From Eledone cirrhosa (taxonomy: Eukaryota), in the NCBI GenBank assembly GCA_964016885.1, contig OZ024753.1:42222001-42286000 (forward strand): a stretch of DNA of 64,000 nucleotides, read 5' to 3'. Below the pieces are notes generated by a model that did no database searches, had not been told where the DNA came from, and saw only the letters and a program-made list of their open reading frames with translations. The translations under genes were made by a program, and so were the position numbers. Each line of letters begins with the position of its first letter. The first letter of the stretch is position 1. Shown one piece after another: positions 39,253-51,206 of this stretch.

Positions 39253-41635
39253 AAATGTCACATTTTTCATTTCATATTGTAATACGTCAACAAAGAATGT
39301 TTTTAAATGTTTACCTACACTGATTAATTGATATCTAACTTATGTAAGAATGCTCTATTGTAGTTGTTTATATTACATGAGCTTAAATTGCTATCCAGTT
39401 CTCATCTTTTAGAATCAAGATGGAATACAGAATTTCTATGCAAAAAAAAAAAAAACAAACAAACAAAAAAGCCAAAGTTGTTGACACTGAGACCTGAAAA
39501 AAAAAAACAAATATAAATAAAGCTACTGAAATATTTTTAAATATTATAAAACAAACAAAGATTGCTATTTTAAAATTTGTGTTGCTTAGAGTTTTATGTT
39601 CCCAATATTTTTTTGTTGTAGCATCAATCAAATCCAGAAATGGTAGATTGCAATATTTTTATTTTTATTTATATTTTAATTTTTATTTTTATTTATTTCT
39701 TGTCAGGAAAATTAGCGGAGTTATTTGTTAGCAAGGGTCAGATTAAATACTGATGTGTTCTGACTGTACTTCGAGTTTAACCCCCCCCCCCCCACTTCTT
39801 TATGACAGAAGTCACGACCAGCAGAGATATCAGCAATGTAAAGACCAATGGAAATATTATATTATTTCCTTGGTCCAATCTGATCTGACGATTTCTTTCC
39901 GCTTTTTTTTCCATTCCCACCCCATATCAAAAACTGTTCTAGGGTACTAAGGGTCGAAAACAATTCTCAAAATTACTTTTCCTACAAATCCTGAAAGCAA
40001 CATTTTCAAATCTATATTACTTAGTAATTGGGGAACTGGCAGAGTCATTAGAACGGCAGAGAGAATGCTTTTTGGCATTGTGTTCCAGCTCTCTGCTCTC
40101 TGTGTTCAAATCTCGTGAAGATCAACTTTGCTTTTCAATCTTTTCAGTACTGGGGGCTGATTCTTCTACATATCTTCCTTTTACTTTCTCTGGAAGAAAT
40201 CAGCTGTATTCAGGCCTGGAGGGGGAGGATGTGCCCTGCAAAGTTTAAATGTCCCTATGACTTCATCTTGAGTTAAGGGTTTATGAAGATATTACTTTAG
40301 GGCTCAACAAGCAAAATGTACCTTTTATACTTGAAGAAAATATTTTCACACTAAAAACTGAGGATTTTATTTATGCACATAGATACATAGAAAAAAAAAA
40401 AATAACCCTAGAGGCTGTGTGACCTAGTAGTTAGGGTGTTGAACTTAGAATTGTATGATCAGGGGTTTTATTCCTGGAATGAGTGGCATGTTGTGTACTT
40501 GAGTAAAACATTTCAAGTTGCTCCTATCATCTCACCTGAAGATTAGTACCAGCTGTAAGCTGGGAGGTTAACCCCTTAATGACTTGCATCTCATCTCAGT
40601 TACTTTACACTAAAGAAACTGGGATAAACTCCAGCCTGGTGAGCTTCAGATAAACTTTAACCATAAAACCCTCAGCCCCATCCCTAAAAGAAATGTTTGG
40701 GAGCAGCTTAGTTTAGGGCCTCTACAGTGTATTTTAAAACCTACATGTTTACTGTTTTTTTTTACTGTATGGCTCATGATAAATTTGAAGATATTTATTT
40801 ATTAAAAATAACTTTTAAAATATGGTGAGGAAACAGAAAAGAAAACATTCTATATGTGAGTGTTAAATCAAAAATCTAATTCCTTTCTTTTCAGACTATT
40901 TAATGATTAATCAAAATTGAAACATTTTTAACGATTCATTTATTTTATAGGGAAACTTATGTGGCCTGTTTTATATTAAACCTTTTTTATACTAACCCTG
41001 TCAAAATCAGCCGTGGTTCTGTGAAACAAAAATTAATTTTAGTAAACCCCTTAAATGTTTTCACTAATTAATTAAAGAAGAGTGTATTTGATTAGAAATA
41101 CAGTAATGAAAGGGCTAAATTAATACAGTTCTTTCTGATCTGTACAGGCTTGGTTAAAATAAAAATATATATAAATATAATTTAGAAAGTACTAAATCAT
41201 AGACGTCACATTTAACTCTTAATATCTACATGTTAGCAAGACATTTTTGAAAAGTACAAAACAGCAATAACTGCCATCACATAAATCAAAGTCTTTAGCT
41301 TACTGCAAATTTTCACAACGATCTCTCCATTAGTAAATATACTATAAACATTCGAATTAACAAACCCGTTTTAAAATATTTTCTGCTCAATCATTACAGG
41401 ATTTTAAAGGTTTATTAACAACGACATATACATTATTATTTTTAGCATAAACGACTGCATCTCATTAAATATTACAGTCTTTACTCCAACGCACCAAATT
41501 TTTATAATGATCTGTCTACTAGTAAAGATACTGTAAACATTTAAATTAACAAACCCATTTTAGATATTTTCTACTAAAAGACTGCAGGAATGTTAAGATT
41601 TAACCGACAAGACAGTATTAATATAATAAGTAAAT

Positions 41636-41820
41636 AGGCGGTGGATTGGCAGTATCGGTAGAGGGTCGGACGCCATGCTTTCCAGCATAGTTACGTCCCT
41701 TTACGATCTGAGTTCAAATCCCGCCGAGGTTGACTTTGCCTTTCATCCTTACGGGGTCGATAAAATAAAGTACCAGTAATGCACTGGATAATTGCTGGCC
41801 TTGTGCCTAAAGTAGAAACA
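41636..41820 (+). mobile_element. Full-length tRNA-derived SINE with 19-bp TSD
   Basis: A box TGGCAGTATCGG, B box GAGTTCAAATCC, central gactttgcctttcatccttacggggtcgataaa; TSD attaatataataagtaaat at 41617-41635 and 41821-41839. Confidence 0.9.
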
Positions 41821-42436
41821 ATTAATATAATAAGTAAATTTCATCAACTTTCCCCTCCCCTTCAAATTTGTTAAGTTACTATGTTAGTAATGAAATAATT
41901 AATTTTAATCAATATCTCAACATTTTTCATTAATTAATTGAAAAGTGTATTTTATTAGAAATTAGTCACAAAAAGGTAAATGAAATAATTTTACTAAATC
42001 CTTTAAAATTCTTCATTAATTAATTACAATAAAGTGTATTTCATTAGAGATATGGTCACAAATTATTAATTTTACTAAATCCTTTAAATTTCTTCATTAA
42101 TTAATTAATTACAATAAAGTGTATTTCATTAGAGATATGGTCACAAATTATTAATTTTACTAAATCCTTTAAATTTTTTCATTAATTAATTACAATAAAG
42201 TGTATTTCATTAGAAATATGGGCACGAAAGGGTTAACTCGACTGTATCCTTCCTCCCCACCCAAAACGTTTTCTGGCCTTGTACCTGTGTTAGGAATTAT
42301 TATTTTTTATGTTTGTGTATGCCTCATAAAACTCAGTGCATGGTTCAGAATTACCATTTGTAAATAATCATTAAATCTAATCATATTCCATTTCTCTTGA
42401 CTCTCAGGTATATATTGTGATGTCTCTACCAATTGC

Positions 42437-42481
<45 letters not shown>

Positions 42482-42577
42482 CTATCTCTCTCTGTACATA
42501 GCACTTCTTTCCACAAACAGTCTGTTGAACATAAAGTATCTTACCTCTCTTACTGTTCTTCTCTTGTTTCTTTATTA

Positions 42578-43139
42578 CCGTGTTTTTCCCCCCCTATTAT
42601 AAGCCCTAGCCCCAAAAATAAACCCCTAGCAGGATTTTTATGTTGCTGTCCAATATAAGCCCTACCCTGAAAATAAACCCTAGTGCATTTTTGCAAGGAA
42701 ATTAATATAAAAAATAATATAAAACGCAGATTTCCAGAATCTTGCTGATTACTAATATAATAAATTATTTTAACCCTTTAGCATCTAAACTGGTTGTATC
42801 TGGCCAGAATTCTCTCACCTCTTTCTGTTCTAACCAGCTGTAACTGGTTGTTCATACTGACATTAAGATATTGTTCTCAAAATAAATATCATCAAAATCT
42901 TGTAGATTCGATATTATGTGAGATAAAGCCTTTACCGTGAAAAAATTAAGTAATGTAAATTCTAATGGGCTAAAGATATTGTTTTTAGCTCTATAATATA
43001 TATCCTTTATTTTTGACATTACTATAATGATACTTTTATCAAAACTCTTGTGCTGTTATTTTTTATGTGAAAATATTCCCTAGTGCCTTTTTTTAGGGGA
43101 AAATATTATTAGACCTATCTTATATTAGGGGAAACACGG
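42578..43139. mobile_element. Tc2/pogo-like MITE with a nested TTAA MITE (about 42774-42970)
   Basis: TA|ccgtgttttt...ataag and cttatattaggggaaacacgg|TA termini. Confidence 0.7.
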
Positions 43140-43639
43140 TATTAACTCTTAACCTCCTGCAATAGCAGGACATTGGCAAAAATTCCAAACCACTATGACT
43201 ACACCATATTAAATATTGAAGTCTTTAAATTAGTTTACTACAAATTTTCTCAACAATTTGTTCACTAGTAAAGATATCAACATTTGAGCTAACAAATTCG
43301 TTTTTAGATATTTTCTACTATATCATTACAGGATGTTAAGAGTCAGTCAATAACCTTGCATATGCAACATTGTTTTTATCATAATTGATGATGGAAATTT
43401 TCACAATCTGTCCACTAGTAAATATACTATAAACATTTGAATTAACAAACTGCATTAGCAAGGCATTAATAGAAAGTATAAAACAGCATTATGACTAAAA
43501 TGTCTTTTGCACATTCACTGAAATCTGTCCACTAGTAAAGATACTATAAACATTTGAATTAAACTACATTAGCAAAACAGTGCTGTTTTATACTTTTCAA
43601 AAATGATTACATTGCATGAATAATTGAAATAGTGTATAG

Positions 43640-44060
43640 CTCAGAACATCCGCGAATATTGGACGTGGTCCATAAAAAAAAAATGCTTATAAACGTCAAC
43701 ACAACATTAGATATAGGCCGCAACGTAAATACGGTATATTTTTATTAATAATTTAGCGTTAAAAATCGTGAGAAAATATGTATTGCCACGAAAAAAAAAC
43801 AAAAATTGGAAGATTCCGCGAATATGCGAGGGTTTCCACGAAAATTACTAGTTCTAAGGTGAATTCCGGGGTCCACTCATTTAGATGAGTTATTTCCCTT
43901 GGCAAGACTCACCTAGTACGTTCTACCACGCAGCCAGTACCAACGTTCAACGAGTTAGCCAGTGAAAACTTACCCATTAAATATCCCATGATGCAACAGT
44001 GTAGGTAAATTTGTTGACGCTTTAGCGACATCAGTTCCCTAAAATTTTCCAGGAGGAAAT
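43640..44060. promoter_or_regulatory. CpG-enriched unique region, candidate promoter / first exon of gene 2; ZNF143/Staf-like site TCCCATGATGCA at 43984-43995
   Basis: many CpGs relative to the surroundings; + strand donor AG|gtaaat after 44004. Confidence 0.4.
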
Positions 44061-44193
44061 CTCAAGAACGATAACTCTGTCTTTACTTAATCGCAAAAAT
44101 GGGTGAAGAAATTATTTGGAAAGTTTCTCACGCACACACATATATGTGTATTAAAGGATGAAAGTTTTATTAATTATAATATATATTGTATTA

Positions 44194-44226
<33 letters not shown>

Positions 44227-44407
44227 AAAGTGACAATAAGAATTGCAGCTTTTTGTAAACTTTATTTCATATTACAATGTGTATCGATCAGCTCGGGTTG
44301 ATCATACGATCGGATCCCGACTCCTAATCGACACTTCAGATATGAGAGTTTACATGGGTGGTCCATCCAAACTGTAAGTATACACCCGGCATTCGCCGTG
44401 TGTATAC

Positions 44408-44447
<40 letters not shown>

Positions 44448-46331
44448 TTTTCCTGGACCTTTCCGACGGAATTACTTCATATATATATATATATAGTCTT
44501 ATGCTGAATCTCCCTGAGAATTACGCTTAGGATTCACATGCCTAGAATTCTCAGCCACTTACTAATTACTCCCCTCCCGGTTATGTTTATAACATTTTTA
44601 TATATTTTAAACTGAAACTTAATGTTTAAAATATGCTGAGAGAAATTTCTTCTAAAATACGATACTACGATAGTGAAACCTTTTCAGCAGTTTACGGCAG
44701 CTGTTGGGTCTCTGGTTACATTTGAAGTCTTAAAAATCGATGAATCTGAATATTCAGAGTTTGATAATATCTGACGTAAACATGAATTTTTATTAAACCA
44801 AGGTGGTCGTGTGGTTAAGAAACTCGGTTTTGTAATCAACATATTTTCAGGTTCAATACCACTGCCTGGTTAGCATGGGGCAAAATATCTTCTACTATAA
44901 TCTCGGGTTGACCATTGCCTTGTGAGTGGAATTGGGTAAACTACAGGGATTATTAAATAACTATCGTTGGTGTATCATATAAATAATATCAAAATAAATA
45001 ATGAGATGTTGTCTAAGTTAGGGATCAAGTTTAAATATTTCGAGAAATATTTTAATAAATAAATAAATGGTTCTCTTCAAATATATTGAGAACGAAATAT
45101 TGGGTTATATTTCCAACCAATTTTAGCAAACAAACAAACGTGGTAAGGCCATTTTCCCAGCTTTAGCAGAGAAAATGTCCTTGTGGGTCCCAAACAAAAT
45201 TCTTCATTTGACCCTATCGTCTGCAATCGCTGACTTTCATCATCGATTTTAATCCACAATGAATTTCCATCAGATTGCATTAAACGTTAAATATTAAGAA
45301 ATGCTGATCACGGTGTCTGGTAATGCCATGAAAGTCTTAGCTTGCTTCATACATTATTAGAGGACACATTTCTCAATTTTTCCTTATCGTCTGCATCCAA
45401 CTTCTACAACATCCGACTTTAATTTCTTCCTCGATCATCAATTTAATATATTTTATGATATTAAAACTAAGATTTGATTGCTTTAAACGCAATAATCATT
45501 AAATAAATATTTATAATTAAATAAATAACTGTTCACCGAAAACACCAGGTGTAGATAGCAGCTAGGAATGGTTGGTGTTGTGGCTGCCGGTATCAAGAAA
45601 CTAAATAACTGACTGACTACCGGACATCAATAATGGCTTTGGCCGGCAGCAATAGCCAGTGTGTGTTACATTGTATAACATTCATTGGCTTGATAATGGA
45701 TATTTTCAGTGAAAAATTTCGTATTGAATAAACAGCAGAGTTGGCTGATGTGTGGCTGCTGGTATGAAGAAGCTGAATAAATGTCTACCGGACACCATAA
45801 TGGCTTTGTCCGGTGGCAGTAGCCAGTGTACATTGGTCAATGTTGGTAGTGAAGGGGACGACAAAGACGACCTGCGGCTAATGTAATTTAATATCAGGCT
45901 ATCAATAATTATTATTATATTACAATCGACAACAAACACTGATTAAAACTAAGATCAAACGTAATAATATATTTTTTTATAATTAAAATAACAACAATAA
46001 TAGAATTATAACTAATTTAAAATATGTAATTTCTAAAACTAAGTGCGCTGTGTCCGGAGCCGGAGGTGTAGTGAGAAATAATTTGGCTTTTGTCCGGCAT
46101 TTTGACACAGAAAGATACTTCAACATTATTTGCTCGCAGTTAACAAATATTTCATCAAGGAAGCAGAATTCTTCAGGTAGAATAAATATCAAATATCTTA
46201 TTAGAATTATCATTTATAATATTAGTTTCCTAGATGTAAATATTTACTTAAATCACATTATTTATCAGTGAAAAGACAGACAGAGAGAACCAACTGTATT
46301 ATTGTCTCTGGCATAATATATACAGTATATA

Positions 46332-46541
46332 GAAGGTGACCACAAAAACACTCCGAGGTTGATATCACATTGATGTTTGCCGAGCAACAAAAGGGCCATA
46401 CATCGAATGTCTTTGATATCAACCAATACCACAAGAAACTTTGTTAGTTTATAACTGTAGCCAACAATATTGTAAAAATATTCATTTAAGTTTTTATATT
46501 ATAAGTATTTGAAATCAAGGAGTGTTTTTGTAGTCACCACT
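46332..46541. mobile_element. Tc1-type MITE
   Basis: TIR ggtgaccacaaaaacactcc / ggagtgtttttgtagtcacc. Confidence 0.65.
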
Positions 46542-48188
46542 TCAGTTTCGGTTCACCTGGTTTAATTAACTCTTGGTTATATTAATTAATTATTTAACGT
46601 ATTTTTATTATATTATTTTATAAATTTCTTCTACCATTCTTCCCCTGGAATAGATTTTCAGACGAAAAATAAACTATATTCTTTATTCTAATATTTTTGG
46701 TAATTTAAACCACATATTTCTCAACCCATTTGTCATTTTATGAGGTGAGGGACAACTATAACAAGGTGCTTTATGAATTAACTGTCATCTTAATTAATTA
46801 ATTAATTAATGTCACCCTCATAAAAACAACTCCAGGTGGATCAATAATTAATTGTATATTTCTGTTTAATATTCATTCTGTTAGAATCATAAACAATGTT
46901 GTAATGTTATTAAAAGTATTTAATTATAAATTGTCTTAATTAACTCTTTTATGGTCGTAATTCTTATAAAATTAACACTTTATTTCTAATTAACGACTAT
47001 AACTTTATAGATAAGATTAAATAGAAATAAATATAATGAATTAATTATTGCTAGGAACCTTATAAATATAATATACAGTTTAATATATAATCAAAGCGAG
47101 AGAAAATATAAAAGTAATTATAATTCAATGTCTTAATTAACTCTTTGTAGTCCTATTTCTAATGAAATACTCTCTATTTCTAATTAGCAGTAATTAATTA
47201 ATTATATGTATATACTTATATATTTATATGATAAAAAAACAAGTAAATGGACGATAACACTTGAAAAACATTTTTTTTAATAAACACTTGAAAACAATTA
47301 ATTAACTAAAACTTCAGGTGTGGACAGGTGGGGTAAAGAATTAATTATTATTTAATTACTAAGATAATGGTAATTAAACATGTTGGACGATTAATTTTTT
47401 AAAATAAATACTAAAAACTTAATTAAGACATCGTTAGGGGTGGGGATTAATAAAATTAATTAAGACTTCGTTAGGGGGTGGGGTTAATAAAATTAATTAT
47501 GTTTTAATTACTAAGATAATTACTTAACATATTGTTCTTATATAAAATTATGTTGGAAGATTTTAATTATTTCTTATAATTAAATTTTTATTGAAACCTT
47601 TTGAAAGGGGATGGGTTCGTTAAATATAAACCAGAGATAAGTGATTTCTGTTATGGTTTGGTGTTAAAAGGGTTAATTATTAAATAATGTAGCACTCAAT
47701 ACTGTTTTTTTTTTGGTGTTTCTACTCCTGACAAAAGGTAAACAATAGGAACGTGGAACAACAATAATAATAATGATTGTTTCTACTTTAGGCACAAGGT
47801 CAGCCATTTAGGGGAGGGGAAAGTCAATTAAATCGATTCCAGTGCGTTACTGGTACTTTATTTTATCGTTAGAATAAAAGACAAAGTTGATCTCTATCAA
47901 ATAATTATTATTATTTCTTTATTGGCCACAAGGGCCGATTTAAGTAATACTAATTAATAAAGTACTTATATGGCGCCATAAACTTCGGAAAACGAAAGAT
48001 ACGTTGACAGGTGCCCCACTTGTCGTTCATTTTAATCAAATCTTCAGATTTTTTTAAATGAAAACCTACTCAAATTATACGGCAGTTGGTGTATTTTTAT
48101 TTTTATCCCTCTTTGTTATATATATATATATATATATATATATGTAAAATAATTAAGTCAAATGTTTAAAATTTAGCTTCGTTTATTC

Positions 48189-48241
48189 CTGCTATATATA
48201 TTTCAGTGACAGCCATCTTTGGCTGTGACCTCTTCAGGCAG
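48189..48241 (-). ncRNA. Second hammerhead copy, exact reverse complement of 48453-48505
   Basis: lies in the left arm of the 407-bp palindrome. Confidence 0.7.
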
Positions 48242-48452
48242 TCCGAATTAGTGTGGTATAGACAAGGTGTATAATTTTGTCAATACTCTGATATGCCCAG
48301 TTCCTGGTTGGGTTGTTATTTCACTGAGGAACTGGAATCATATGAAATTCATATGATTCCAGTTCCTCAGTGAAATAACAATCCAACCAGGAACTGGGCA
48401 TATCAGAGTATTGACAAAATTATACACCTTGTCTATACCACACTAATTCGGA

Positions 48453-48505
48453 CTGCCTGAAGAGGTCACAGCCAAAGATGGCTGTCACTGAAATATATAT
48501 AGCAG
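48453..48505 (+). ncRNA. Minimal type I hammerhead ribozyme motif (Penelope-like element type)
   Basis: CTGC-CTGAAGA-GGTCACAGCCA-AAGA-TGGCTGTCACT-GAAA-TATATATA-GCAG; stem I CTGC/GCAG; 11-position stem II with one C.C mismatch; 2-bp stem III with palindromic ATAT loop; predicted AUA cleavage after 48501. Confidence 0.72.
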
Positions 48506-49251
48506 GAATAAACAAAGCTAAATTTTAAACATTTGACTTAATTATTTTACTTTATTTTACATTACTCTGGAGAAACCAAACTAACCTGCGCACTTCGTCG
48601 AGTGCTCCAACCAACATATACTCAAAATCTCTCTCTCTCTCTATCACATTAAACATGGGACTGTTAATAATGTGTTAACGGAGCGGGAATCTAAAATATA
48701 ATTATTTCTTCCCTGTTAATATTTGAAATGTTAACGTAATTTCATCAATATTTTGTTGTTGATTCTATAAGTAATTCCCACAGGAAGAATTTTGTCATAG
48801 CTATTATGACAATTTCTTACTAAATAAGAGATAAATAAATGTTTTGTTCGGATACCTAACGGCCCCTTGTTCTACGATACTAAAAAAAAAGCTATCAAAA
48901 TTTTATATAAGAACTTTTGTTATGTACCATCTTAATATTGGTTCTGGTTTAGGCTCAAGGGCAGCAATTTTGGGAAAGGGGAAAGTCGATTAAATCGATA
49001 CCAGTATGTTACTGCTACTTTATTTTATCGACAGCAATGCTTGCATGGTCTTTTGTGTGGTGTACAGTAGCTGAGATGTACCATCCAGTCAAGGCTGTAG
49101 ATTAGCACTACCACTTTACAGCGTGGACTGGGTGCTTTTTATCATTGCACTAGCACTACCACCTTACTGGGTGGACTGGGTGCTTTCACAACACACTCAC
49201 TGTTTCAATAGAATTTTCCAGTATAATTTCTTGTTATTTCAGTGTGATCTG

Positions 49252-49550
49252 ATGCCTCAACATCGAGGACAATGTGGCCATCTGTTTGCAAGCTGGGACA
49301 ACCATAAACTGTGTGCATCTTGTCGGACTTGCAGTGAAGACAATGTCTGTAACATCTGTCAACATTGGAATGGTGACTTGTGGAAGAGACACAATAATCG
49401 AAGAATCTATAAAACAAAACGTAATAAATCTTTGAGTAAAACTCTACTAGCTTCCCAGTCACCTTATGACTGGACAGCTAACAAACCATTTGCTAAATTT
49501 CCATCAAATACTCAATGTGGGATGATACCTCAGGCTGGTGAGGTTATGAA
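49252..49550 (+). CDS. Gene 2 first certain coding exon: Cys/His-rich finger MPQHRGQCGHLFASWDNHKLCASCRTCSEDNVCNICQHW, resembling the N-terminal finger of DIRS-type Gag
   Basis: acceptor atttcag ends at 49242, ATG 49252, donor AA|gtaagt after 49550; pattern C-x-H-x7-H-x2-C-x2-C-x2-C-x5-C-x2-C. Confidence 0.75.
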
Positions 49551-49624
49551 GTAAGTATCTAGAGTAATATTCACTTTTAGGGTTTAACTTGAACCCTTTT
49601 GTAACTATATTTCTATATGCTTCA

Positions 49625-49880
49625 GCAAATAGACAATATGCCCACACCCCTCCCACTGCAAAGTGGTTGTGGAGGCACCACGGCAAAAAAGCTCCCAGCA
49701 CTCACTGTAAATGAGGTTGGTGTTAGGAAGGGCATCCAGCTGTAGAAATCAAGCTAGAATCAGGTCCTGTATGAGCAAGACGAGGTGCCGACTGGACACT
49801 GCCCACAACAGGGCAACCCGTCTAACCTATGTTAGCGTGGAAGAACGGACGTAAAAGGGCAATGATGATGATCATGATGA
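49625..49880 (+). mobile_element. SINE / LINE-tail repeat ending in (GAT)n; inverted copy at 56722-56965; others near 25345-25563 and 17880-18045
   Basis: gttaggaagggcatccagctgtagaaa...cccgtctaacc...agcgtggaagaacggacg...gatgatgat. Confidence 0.75.
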
Positions 49881-50241
49881 TTTCTAATGAAAGACAACCT
49901 GCTGAAGGGAATAATATTTACTTTTAGTGTTTAACTTGAAAAACCTTTTGTAACTATATTTTGATCACGAAGCAGATTGTACTGGGTCACATGGTACCAG
50001 TAGCAGGCATAAACCTGACCTGACCAGACCAGGGTCTGGTGGGGCAGCCTGTTTAGTTGCTGACCACTCTACTATAAAATAGGTTGTACTGTATTACATG
50101 GTACCATTAGCAGACAGAAGCCTGGTCTGACCAAGAGGCATGTTATAAATACAAATATTAATTCAACTCTTGCTAAAGGGGAAAACAGACGTATGATGAT
50201 GATGATTGTTGGTTGTGTTTTTTTTTGTTTCTTTTTTTCAG

Positions 50242-50323
50242 TTTCCCAATAAGTTATTCCAACACCAATTCCCACCCTGCAGAACCAATGAATGCCATCA
50301 ACATGCCAAGATCTCATATTATG
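50242..50323 (+). CDS. Gene 2 middle exon (NFPISYSNTNSHPAEPMNAINMPRSHIM)
   Basis: strong T-rich acceptor ttttttcag|, donor ATG|gtaaat; 82 bp, phase 2 to 0, bridges both neighbouring exons in frame. Confidence 0.72.
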
Positions 50324-50858
50324 GTAAATATTTCTTTCTACTTCATTCTATTAATATATTTTCTACTAAACAGTTAACCCTTTTGATAGCAAACCACCTG
50401 AAACTACTCCTGATTCTACAACACAAAACAGTAATATTCCATCATTAGAACATTTGTTAAATTATGTTCCAAACACCAGCTTCATCCTTTAGATTCCAAA
50501 GTGTCTGGAACCACCCCTGGTTCTATGATACAAAACTGTATATTTTGAAGTATTTATATTTATCTAAAATCTTTTTATAAAATTGTGATAGAAGGTTTTT
50601 AGATAAATATAAACACTTTAACTCTTTCATTACATTATTTTTATGAAAGACACTGCCTATAGTTTTCAAATAATTTTGAAAACAATTATGAATTTGCAGG
50701 GATTTCTCATTACTAAGATGGTGTTTGGAACATAACTTAACAAAGGTTCTTATATGAAACTTATGACGGAAGGTTTTTAGTTTAAAACCTCTGTGCTTCC
50801 TGAGATTCGCCAACACTATACCTGATATGCCCCCTCCATACACATGCACACATGTATA

Positions 50859-50973
50859 TCATGACTCGTACACTATTCACTTCCCTGACATTTGTACATT
50901 ATTCTATGTACTATACATACACTTTTGATGAGTTGTAGTGCACCTGAGCACTGTACACAATTTCATTATTATT
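50859..50973 (+). mobile_element. Retroposon 3'-tail fragment with (ATT)n end; copies at 25607-25720, 53010-53120 (-), 63460-63575 (-), 63590-63672 (-)
   Basis: recurrent tcatgactc...tgatgagttgtagtgcacctgagcactgtacac...attattatt. Confidence 0.7.
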
Positions 50974-51206
50974 ATAAATATAAACAGTTTAAAATAAACT
51001 ATTTTGTTTGATAGAACCTTGGTTGGATTTAGTTTGTTTGGTATCAAAAGGATTAAGTTAAAAATTGTACAGTTTGAGAATGTAAAGAAGATGATTAATT
51101 ATTTTTAAATCATTAAAAATAGAAAATCTAAATTCTTTTTTTTTTATTGTAAAGTTTAAACATTAACTTTCAGGAATCTCTAATTGATGTATCTTTTGTC
51201 TTCTAG

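Larger units (their letters stand above)
48144..48550. mobile_element. 407-bp palindrome (2 x 203 bp, 1-nt spacer at 48347); probable inverted pseudo-LTR remnant of a Penelope-like element; element may continue to about 48628
   Basis: arms reverse-complementary with two mismatches seen; hammerhead followed by AATAAA in each arm; left flank is (TA)n. Confidence 0.75.

Noticed and set aside
41637-41730. tRNA-like A/B boxes (also near 33100, 44800, 51830, 53520)
   Set aside because: SINE heads followed by SINE bodies; no acceptor stem or cloverleaf seen.
49123-49242. N-terminal extension of ORF 49123-49554 (MDWVLFIIALAL...)
   Set aside because: Starts at GTG within SINE-derived tandem sequence upstream of a good acceptor at 49242; treated as intron.
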